Source of the DNA: Octopus bimaculoides
Taxonomy: Eukaryota
Assembly (NCBI RefSeq): GCF_001194135.2
Contig: NC_068993.1
Coordinates: forward strand, 18,841,739 to 18,887,392
Length of the DNA stretch: 45,654 nt
Direction: 5' to 3'
The position numbers and the translations under genes are program-made. Of the stretch, positions 1 to 9,800 are shown in pieces; the stretch's first letter is position 1; every line of letters starts with the position of its first letter. The notes beneath the pieces are model-generated. The model saw only the letters and a list, made by a program, of their open reading frames with translations. It did not search any database and was not told the DNA's origin.

Positions 1-85
1 TAATAAGTCCTGGGGTCGATTTGCTCGACTAAAGGCAGTGCTCCAGCATGGCTGCAGTCAAATGACTGAAACAAGTAAAAGAGTA
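1..85 (+). mobile_element. SINE family A, 3' tail
   Basis: aataagtcctggggtcgatttgctcgactaaaggc...gaaacaagtaaaaga matches the tail at 33360-33445. Confidence 0.8.
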
Positions 86-435
86 ACTCTTTGACTAACC
101 ACCATTATTCCCTTCTTAAGTCAAGAAACTGATTTTGTAAAATCAGTTTATTGTTGAAGACTTTACCAGTTAAAAAAATTGTTATTGGCAGAAACTTGAG
201 GTCTCAGTCAAATCAATATCATCAATAATTTCATAAATTTCACAACGAAGAGATTTCACTAAATTTTTGATTTTGAGAAAAAATATATGTTATACATATG
301 TTCACAACCTTACAAAACTGTATCAGCTAAATAAATGATCTTCCCTATATGCTTTAAAAATACTGTAACATACTCATAGCACTCTTTCAAAAGAATTGTT
401 TCCGTTCTCTTTGAGCATACAAAAGACAGATTTAG

Positions 436-1155
436 CCGGGGCAAAATGAGTAAGGCAAAATAAGGTAAATTTGCTTCTTCAGTTCTCCAGAACTACATTT
501 GAAAACATCAATGTCCATCCTTAGACATTTGAAAACATCAATGTCCATCCTTAGACATAAAAATAATCAGAAATGCAGCAAAAATTGAAATTATCTCGAT
601 CAAATAAAAGAGGACCTTGGGAAAATGGCACATCATATGAAATTAATGAAACTCAACTAAATAAAAAAAACCTTAACATAAAATGTTCTCTATAACTTCT
701 TCACGATCTGCTGGAGTGGCTTTCGTCCTGATATATTTACGCTCCATTTAGTTAAAGAGAAGAAATTATTGAAATTACACATTACTCATTTTACCCCATT
801 TTAAACATCATTTTGAAACTTGAAAATCCCACATTAGTGTTGGGGCAAAAATGACTTGAAATCCAACAGAGTAAAGAAAATCGATTGTTAAACACCAAAA
901 ATTTTCCAGATATTTGATTAGCTACCTCGATTACAATCGGATCAAAGTTGAAGAAAAATTTCCTGGAAAAATAGTACCTGTCACCTGGCTGTTTTGGACT
1001 CTCTCAACTTCAATAAGAACAACTATGCTGACCAGTTTTTGCTAGCTAAAGATGATGTGATATTACAAAATAATGATGAAATATTTGCAATGTAATGATT
1101 TCAAAAAGCTTGGGAGGAAAAAATGAGAAATCAGGAGTTACTCATTTTACCCCGG
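436..1155. mobile_element. Possible decayed DNA-transposon/MITE segment bounded by 18-bp inverted motifs
   Basis: ccggggcaaaatgagtaa (436-453) versus ttactcattttaccccgg (1138-1155), 1 mismatch; further copies of the motif near 782-797 and 842-855. Confidence 0.4.
495..558. repeat. 30-bp tandem duplication
   Basis: acatttgaaaacatcaatgtccatccttag occurs twice, exactly. Confidence 0.9.
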
Positions 1156-1725
1156 ATCTAATTTTGCACCATCCCCTCCCACCATATTATCATGTATAAA
1201 TCCCGGCATTACTAAATATTTTATTGTTTTTCAACTGGTGCCATGGTTGCAATTTTTGAACAGATGTACTCCTGATTTGGTGCCGTAAGGATTAGAGTTC
1301 AGCTTCGTATAAGACAATGTTCTGGAAATGTTCGTAGGTAATACTCGCTTACGATGTAAAGTGAATATTGGCTGCTGATTTAAACACAAGGCTTGCAATT
1401 TTGAAGGAAGAGAGTTAGTCGATACCATACTGAAATACGATAAAATCTAATTATGGTGTATACTCGAAAACTTCGGTTAACTGAAGTTATACATGAGAAT
1501 AAAAAGTAAAACAACAAAAGAACAAGTTAAAGGTGCCTAAATCTAGTAACAAGCAAGGGAGATAATTCTAACAAATCAATTGATTTAAACCAGCTCATCT
1601 CGCCCATTTTTTTTACCCATGGTCCCCTTTGACTCCTATTATACTCAGTTGGACCCTCATAGCCATTCAATGTTTAAAAAATCCTATTGTATTTCCATAA
1701 TTAGATATTATTAGGAATAGCATTA

Positions 1726-1826
1726 AAAAATTGCTAAAATATTTTGTGTACTGCAGAAGTATAAGTAATTTATTGCGCATAAATTAATTATACTTCTGCA
1801 ATACACAAAATATTTTAGCAATTTTT
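1726..1826. repeat. Near-perfect palindrome of about 100 bp
   Basis: Arms of about 47 bp with 2 mismatches around a TGCGCA core; the core motif atttattgcgcataaat is repeated near 1830-1846. Confidence 0.85.
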
Positions 1827-2004
1827 AAAATTTATTGCGCATAAATTTTAACAACAAATTCTTACATGGGCTTCGGTTGAGAACTACGGATTTAAACAAT
1901 GCAGAGGCATGGATTGTCCTTAAAACCGACAAATGCATGCAAGGAGCATGTTTACTCTTATTACTCTCTAGTATCTTATTCTACTTTCTTCACTAAATTG
2001 ACCA

Positions 2005-2045
<41 letters not shown>

Positions 2046-2335
2046 ACACACATACATAGAGGAGGAGAGATAAACATGTGTGTATATATTTCCTTACACA
2101 CACACACACACTTTATTTCATCGATAGAAGTTACAAAGTGGCTCAAAGGCCGTAAAGGGCAAGTTACAAGTCACTACTTACCTGAAGATCCTGTGGACCT
2201 ACAGGTGAAACGCAGAACACCAAAACACTGACTCGACCAAAATAAATCATTAATCACTACTATGGTATTGAGTACTGTTTTTTTCTATCAGTACTTAACA
2301 CTAAAAGGGCACGAGGACACACACACACACACACA

Positions 2336-2377
<42 letters not shown>

Positions 2378-3092
2378 TGTAGGCACGCCTACACAAATGC
2401 GTTTCCTTGCCACCAACTTTCAGAAAACTGAATACCTCTGAGTGAAATTTCCAAAAAATATGCTTCAGATTTTGTAGATTCTGATTACACCGGAATTTGT
2501 TGCAAAAATATTTCCCCGAGGGTCGAGGTGAGGAGTTTCGGACAATTCACACAAGTGGGATTTGTGTCTTTATAACTTTCAGAAAAATGAATATTTTTTT
2601 GCTGAGATTTTTTTCTACAGATACTATTCAAATGGTGTAAATTACAATATTATCGGAATTTAATATANNNNNNNNNNNNNNNNNNNNNNNNNNNNNNNNN
2701 NNNNNNNNNNNNNNNNNNNNNNNNNNNNNNNNNNNNNNNNNNNNNNNNNNNNNNNNNNNNNNNNNNNNNNNNNNNNNNNNNNNNNNNNNNNNNNNNNNNN
2801 NNNNNNNNNNNNNNNNNNNNNNNNNNNNNNNNNNNNNNNNNNNNNNNNNNNNNNNNNNNNNNNNNNNNNNNNNNNNNNNNNNNNNNNNNNNNNNNNNNNN
2901 NNNNNNNNNNNNNNNNNNNNNNNNNNNNNNNNNNNNNNNNNNNNNNNNNNNNNNNNNNNNNNNNNNNNNNNNNNNNNNNNNNNNNNNNNNNNNNNNNNNN
3001 NNNNNNNNNNNNNNNNNNNNNNNNNNNNNNNNNNNNNNNNNNNNNNNNNNNNNNNNNNNNNNNNNNNNNNNNNNNNNNNNNNNNNNNNNNNN

Positions 3093-3153
<61 letters not shown>

Positions 3154-3409
3154 ATGTGTGTATACATACACTCACATACGTATATATACATATGCATATA
3201 CATCTACCTATCTTTCTATCTACACATACATGTATATACTGTATATGCCCATATAAGCACGCACACGTTTATCTTTATTTATCTATGTACCTCTCTCACT
3301 CTCTATATATAAATTTCAAGCCAGTTTGATAAGTACCATTACGCGAACCTCTCGGCCCTTGAGTCACTGTGATTTCTGTCAATTATTGATGAATGTGTAC
3401 ATGTACGCA

Positions 3410-3501
3410 AGAGAGAGAGAGAGACAAAGAGAGAGAGAGAGACAAAGAGAGAGAGAGAGAGACAAAGAGAGAGAGAGAGAGACAAAGAGAGAGAGAGAGA
3501 G
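3410..3501. repeat. (GA)n with periodic CAAA interruptions (about 18-20 bp higher-order unit)
   Basis: gagagagagagacaaa is repeated four times. Confidence 0.9.
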
Positions 3502-3539
3502 CTCACATAATATCTTCGTAATTCTCTCCTCTGTTATTC

Positions 3540-3656
3540 TTATGTTTTTCTCACTCGCCGCTAAGTGGCGCTATTTACCGCCTTCCATGTTATGCTTTCT
3601 GTCATAACAATAACTTCGCCGAACCAAACAGAACTTCAAAGGAGGAAAAAGAAACG
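3540..3656 (+). promoter_or_regulatory. Likely core promoter / 5'UTR of the KAR gene
   Basis: Repeat-free, locally CpG-rich stretch (ctcgccgctaagtggcgctatttaccgcc) directly upstream of the ATG. The TSS is not determined. Confidence 0.45.
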
Positions 3657-3852
3657 ATGCATGAGGAATTTACCAGCACCATTAGGGGCTTCCTAGGCGT
3701 TACTAACGAATACTTTTCTTGTTTTGGTTTCATTGTCTACAGTGTAGTAGTATGTCGTGTAATGACGTCTTTACTTTTGGCTGTTACACAGCCTTTGTTT
3801 TCCAAACACGCCGGTTGGTTGCGTCGGTTGAAGTCCATTGGGAACTGGGCAG
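3657..3852 (+). CDS. HSD17B12: KAR exon 1 (MHEEF...LRRLKSIGNWA, phase-1 donor)
   Basis: ATG at 3657; hydrophobic segment followed by LKSIGNWA (compare LKxYGxWA); donor G|GTTTGT at 3853; G+TC completes Val in exon 2. Confidence 0.85.
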
Positions 3853-6800
3853 GTTTGTTAATGCGTTTTTTGTGATCTCTCTTATTATTATTATTAGGTA
3901 CTACTAAAGCAGAGTGGTCCCCAAAATTATTTACTTTGTTTAAAAAAAAAATTATTTACTAATTTGCATACGCGCACTCACACACTTGTAGGATCGACTA
4001 CTCACGACTAGCTAGCGCGGACGCGCGACTGCGCGTTGGGGACCACTCTGCTTTATTTCGATAAAATAAGGACAAGTTGAACACTGGGGTCGATATTATG
4101 GACTCGTTCCTTCCCCCGAACCCTGCTGGCTTTGTGCCAAAATTTCAAATCCTCCTCCTCATTATTATTATTGAGATATTGATGTAAACCTTTCACTGTG
4201 TTATGTCCTGTCTTAGGAGCCTCCCCGTTGTTGTCTTTAAGCACCTGTGGCTAACAAACATGTTGGCAGACTCGTTAGCGTGTCCGACTGTATGCTTAGC
4301 AGCATTTCTGAGTTCAAATCCAGCCGAAGTCAACTTTGCCTTTCATCCTTTCGAGGTCGATAAAATAGAATTGATGTCATCGACTAACCACTTTCCCTCC
4401 TACAATTGCTTGCCCTGTATCAAAATTTGAAACAATTATTATTTTATAAAAGAACGGCAGTGGATTAATACAATTCCTGGGGCGTCGGGTCAAAATGCTT
4501 TGCGGTACATAGTTACTGCTCTTTACGCATTAAGTCCAAATCTTGCCTGTTACACCTCGGGACTCAATGTAAGAAAGCGTTAGTCAAATATTGGGATCAA
4601 TTTAATCGATTAATCTCTCACCTCTCGAAATTGCTAACCACCCGACTAAATTACAAATTATATATATATTAAAAAAAACTGTAGATTGTTATAATTATAT
4701 GAACCATGCTGTTTTCGTTCTGAGTTCAAACTCCACTGAAATCTGTTTTGCATTTCACCTTTCTGTGGTTTATAAAATAAAGAACAAATCAGGTGTTCGA
4801 TATAATTGTATGTTTCCCTTCCTATATAGATTTGTGACTTTTAAAAAGGATTTTAATCATTCTTTTTCTGTCTTAATGTCGAATATCCTTTTTTTCTTCT
4901 CCGGACTGCGATAGGAAAAGTACGTATTAGTAAAACACTATGGTTGTCTATTTAATTGTCTTCGGCTGCCCTCTTCCCCTATTTCTACTAAATATGCAAG
5001 AATTTCAAAGATAACGGTCCAAATCAGAGGGTTTTAAAAAAAATATTAATTGAAGGTCCGATTTAGTTTTCAGATATGCGCATGCGTAATTCATGTTCAA
5101 AATTCCGGCTACCCCCTTGTTTGACTATGACTACCCATGTACCAAAATAAATATCATGATTGCGGATAGGGTGGACAACACATGAGATTGCTTTTTTTTT
5201 TTCTATGCTAGCTTGGGTTTGTTGAAAGTATAAGGCATTTTACTGCTAGATACCCCTGCTATGGTTAACCATTTGCCTGTTACCTACGTAATGGATTAAA
5301 AAAAAAATTCCATACCTCTTTGAAAGTACAGAGCTATCGCTCAGTATTTTGACAGGGAATTGTCAACAAATTTCGTGTGTTTACATTCTGTAAAGTGCAG
5401 AATGTAAACATTCACACACACACACACGTGCGTTCACGCATGCATGCATATACATTCTTACGAATGTATATATGACAGACGTTGTACAATTTCTGTCTGC
5501 TAAATTCACTCATAAGGTATAATTTATTCAGAGCTGCAGAAAACACTTTCCCATGTGGTTGAGAAGCAAACGTCTTAACTATATTGTCATATCTGCAATA
5601 TTCAGTTACCTGAGTTTATATCCTACCTATTTCAGTGTTTTGAAAATTTTCTTTATCGATTTATGATGCTGTAGGGAAGTGGTTATACGCCATTATGTGT
5701 ACTCCGCTTCCGTACATTAAATTTCTTGAAGAAACAACGGAACGCAGATTCTGAACTATCAACACAACAATATTTATTACAATAGAATTCGGCAGTACTT
5801 CGCCCTTTGGTTACTGAGACGCTGTCAATGAAGTTGCGTGGTTATTTGTGTAGCTCCAGAGTTGGGTTGTTGGAGAGAGCTGCGACGACGTCTAGGCTCT
5901 TCGTCGGCCAGCGAGAAAGAGAATGAAAAAGGGCGCGAAAGCTTGGATGTCGATGACTACGCATACGCCTGTTCCTGTATTCCATCCGGAACTAGTCCCT
6001 GCGCATGCGTGGATAAGCTTTCCGGAAATGTCGTCTGCTATTAAGCCGTCACTACATGGCTCCCCCTCGAGTGCTGCAAGCATGAAAATAGAAATTTGGA
6101 GTGGCGCCTGAGGCAAGATGGCTACCGAAAGCACCCACAAGATGTGGCAGAAATATATATAAAGAAAAATCAAAGAAAGTGATGTACAATTGTGAGATAC
6201 ATGCATGCAATGTACAGAAGAATTGACAATGACAAAACAACCGTGATGACAACTGTCCAGGAAACTGGAATCACGCGATGTAAAAGTGATTTTTTTTGTT
6301 TTTTCCTGAAAGGAAAGAAAATATATGAGTGTACAAGTGTGTGAGAGAAAACACAGAACATAGTAAAAGTGTCTGTAGAGAAAAACCAGTTCATATTAAA
6401 GTTACACAAGGAGAATAGAATGTTCATACGCAGGAAGTTGTGGTCAAGGAGCAGAGTTGTAGTTGAGCGTCAATGCTGGGACCTGTGTTACCTGGTACGG
6501 AATATTCTGGCTGGTTAGTTCTGGTCTGTTGATCGTGAGTGGAAACATCCACTCTAACAGGGTCGAGATAAAACCGCGCTTGTTGATGTTGGTGTTGCTG
6601 GCGATGACAATGGTAGACAGTACATTGGTGGTGAAAACGTCTGCGCTGGAACTGGCTGTAGCTGTGTTCTGTATGTGTGTGGTGGTTATGTTGTTGACNN
6701 NNNNNNNNNNNNNNNNNNNNNNNNNNNNNNNNNNNNNNNNNNNNNNNNNNNNNNNNNNNNNNNNNNNNNNNNNNNNNNNNNNNNNNNNNNNNNNNNNNNN

Positions 6801-9800
6801 NNNNNNNNNNNNNNNNNNNNNNNNNNNNNNNNNNNNNNNNNNNNNNNNNNNNNNNNNNNNNNNNNNNNNNNNNNNNNNNNNNNNNNNNNNNNNNNNNNNN
6901 NNNNNNNNNNNNNNNNNNNNNNNNNNNNNNNNNNNNNNNNNNNNNNNNNNNNNNNNNNNNNNNNNNNNNNNNNNNNNNNNNNNNNNNNNNNNNNNNNNNN
7001 NNNNNNNNNNNNNNNNNNNNNNNNNNNNNNNNNNNNNNNNNNNNNNNNNNNNNNNNNNNNNNNNNNNNNNNNNNNNNNNNNNNNNNNNNNNNNNNNNNNN
7101 NNNNNNNNNNNNNNNNNNNNNNNNNNNNNNNNNNNNNNNNNNNNNNNNNNNNNNNNNNNNNNNNNNNNNNNNNNNGAAATAACCGTGAAGTTTTTTGTGT
7201 GAAAAACCACAAAGGTCTCAGCCGCAAAGAAGTCTTTGGTTATAGAATCTGGAAGTCATTGACAAAATGAAAAACTTTAACGTAGGAAAATTTACTTAGC
7301 TTTTCACTTGTGATGGATGAGAATATAGTGGCAATCCTGAAGTTGAACGTTGTGAAGCATACAAATTCAATGGCTGTTGAAACGAGGTCTGTAGATCTTT
7401 TAGCTCGGGGTACCAATTTACAAAGTACCGTGTGATGACCAAGAGAAAGTCCTGCAGCTGTGGAATAAGCTGATGCGAGTGAGTGTGTGCATTCTCTATT
7501 TGTGACGAGCATGTTGAGAGACAGGCGACGGCTCGTGTAGTATTATCGGTTGGTAGTTCAGATTTTTGGCTGCAGTTGTTCTTGATTCGGGGTCACCAAT
7601 TGTAGGGAATTGGTTGAACCGAATCACGTCGGGGTCACCAATTGTAGGAAATTGGTGACCCCCGACGTGATTCGGTTCAACCAATTTCCTACAATTGGCC
7701 TGCAGCTGTGGAATAAGCTGATGCGAGTGAATGTGTGCATTCTCTATTTGTGATGAGCATGTTGAGAGACAGGCGACGGCTCTTGTAGTATTATCGGTCG
7801 GTAGTTCAGATTTTTGGCTGCAGTTATTCTTGATTCGGGGTCACCAATTGTAGGGAATTGGTTATACTGAATCATGTCGGGGTCACCTATTGTAGGAAAT
7901 TGGTTGAACAGAATCACGTCGGGGGTCACCAATTGTAGGAAATTGGTTATACCGAATCACATCGGGGTCACCAATTGTAGGGAAATGGTTTAACTGAATC
8001 ACGTCGGGGTCACTAATTGTAGGGAAGTGGTTATACACCATTAGGTGTACTCCGCTTCCGTACATTAAATTTCTTGAAGAAACAACGGAACGCAGATTCT
8101 GAACTATCAACACAACAATATTTATTACAATAGAATTCGGCAGCACTTCGCCCTTTGGTTACTGAGACGCCGTCAATGAAGTTGCATGGTTGTTTGTGTA
8201 GCTCCAGAGTTGGAATGTTGGAGAGAGCTGCGACGATGTCTAGGCTCTTCGCCGGCCAGCGAGAAAGAGAATGAAAAAGGGTGCGAAAGCTTGGATGTCG
8301 ATGACTACGCAGGCGCATGAGACTCTTCCTGTATTCCTTCCGGAACTAGTCCCTGCGCATGCGTGGATAAGCTTTCTGGAAATGTCGTCTGCTATTCAGG
8401 CGTCACTACAATGCCTTACAAGACTATTCAATCGATGCCACTACTTAACTGGTGTTTTAATTTAATGACTCCAGGAGAATGAAGGGCAAAATTGGCATCA
8501 GTAAGATTTGAACATAGAAAATACTGTTTGGACACTCTAACGATTCTGTCTGCATATTTTCTCTTTTATTTGTTTCAGTCAATTGGGGCACTACCTAGGA
8601 GGGTTTAGACAAACAAATCGATCCCCAGTGCTTATTTGTTAAGTCTGATACTGATTCTATCGGTTGCTTTTACTGAATTGCTTAGTCGTGGGAATATAAT
8701 TAAAATAACTAGTTGTTAAGCAGTGGTGGTGGGGCAAACACATCACAATCACACACACATACATTCATAGGGAAAACCCCTAAGCCATTAGGAATCACTG
8801 CCGAGATGATTAAAATTTCTGGTGGTGTAGGATACAGCTTAGTCACCTTTATAGTTAATCCGGTTATTCAGGAAGGCACCATCCCCAGTGGCTGGTGTAG
8901 TAGTATTATAGTTTGCTGCTACAAAGGTAAAGGTGATGCCTTAAATAGAAACAACTACAGAGATATTAAACTGCTAGACCAAGTCATGAAAGCTACTGAG
9001 ATGGTTATAGCTCAGTTGATTAGGAATAGAATTCAACTAGATGAGATGCAGTTTGGTTTTGTATCTAGGAAGAGTACCACAGATGTCATCTTGCTAGTGA
9101 GACAGCCTCAGGAAAAGTACTTGGCCAGAAGTAAGCCATTGTACTTAGCCTCGTCAACCTGGAGAAAGCTTTTGACAGAGTTCCCCACTCTGTTATCTGG
9201 TGGTCTCTAAGCAAGTTATGAATCTAGGAGTGGCTTGTTAGAGTTGTACAAGCCATGTATGTGGTGCTGTCAGTGGCTGTGAATACAATGATGAATTTAA
9301 CGTACTTCTTAAGCCAAGACTTCATAGTTGGGGAGCAAATTTCTTAACCACACAGCTATGCCAGCACCTATACTAATTGATGGAGTACGTTCTTCATCAT
9401 TTAATGTCCGCTTTCCATGCTAGCATGGGTTGGATGATTTGACTGAGGACTGGTGAAACCAGATGGCTAACCAGGCTCCAATCTGATTTGGCAGAGTTTC
9501 TACAGCTGGATGCCCTTCCTAATGCCAACCATTCCGAGAGTGTAGTGGGTGCTTTTACGTGCCCCGGCATGAAGGCCAGTCAGGTGGTACTGGCAACGAC
9601 CAAGCTCAGAATGGTGTATTTTACGTGCCACCTGCACAGGAGCCAGTCCAGTGACACTACAGTATCAATAATGTAGTTTTTTTTCATAAAATAAATTCAC
9701 GAAATGAAGTTTCGCTTAGATAAAGGAAAGTAAAATGGTAATAGATGTACAGGTTGATTATATACATGTATATGTTAATGGTCAGATCACTAATTTTTTT

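Larger units (their letters stand above)
5670..8410 (-). mobile_element. Non-autonomous LTR retrotransposon (Gypsy-like), antisense in KAR intron 1
   Basis: Two LTRs of about 390 bp, roughly 95% identical by eye, with TGTAG...CTACA termini. 4-bp TSD ATGC at 5666-5669 and 8411-8414. tRNA-Trp PBS beside one LTR, PPT beside the other. No gag or pol in the visible internal region. Confidence 0.9.

Noticed and set aside
2628-3203. Long ORFs here and across 6424-7227, 25695-26724, 30494-30999, 37683-38035, 41125-41664 and 43996-44340
   Set aside because: They stay open only because N gaps translate as X and microsatellites lack stops.
6057-6072. The + strand TGGCTCCCCCTCGAG resembles a tRNA-Asp PBS, which would put the LTR element on the + strand
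   Set aside because: Only the first 9 nt match contiguously. On the - strand the same bases form a normal PPT, the other end has a 20-nt tRNA-Trp PBS, and AATAAA lies on the - strand. Treated as coincidence, though dual use cannot be fully excluded.
5838-6206. ORFs MKKGAKAWMSMTT... here and at 8271-8465, read as a duplicated small gene
   Set aside because: Both lie inside the LTRs. They differ by an indel and have no recognisable domain or splice context.
7621-7640. tRNA-Trp gene
   Set aside because: Only the 3' 20-21 nt, including CCA, are present. There is no 5' half or A box.
7835-8017. The 42-bp array read as a CRISPR-like repeat-spacer array
   Set aside because: There are no unique spacers: both halves of the unit repeat and are explained as LTR end plus PBS. 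The context is eukaryotic and no cas genes are present.
8713-9210. 165-aa ORF as a host or domesticated reverse transcriptase
   Set aside because: It is a truncated RTE fragment that frameshifts before the catalytic YxDD region and has no exon structure.
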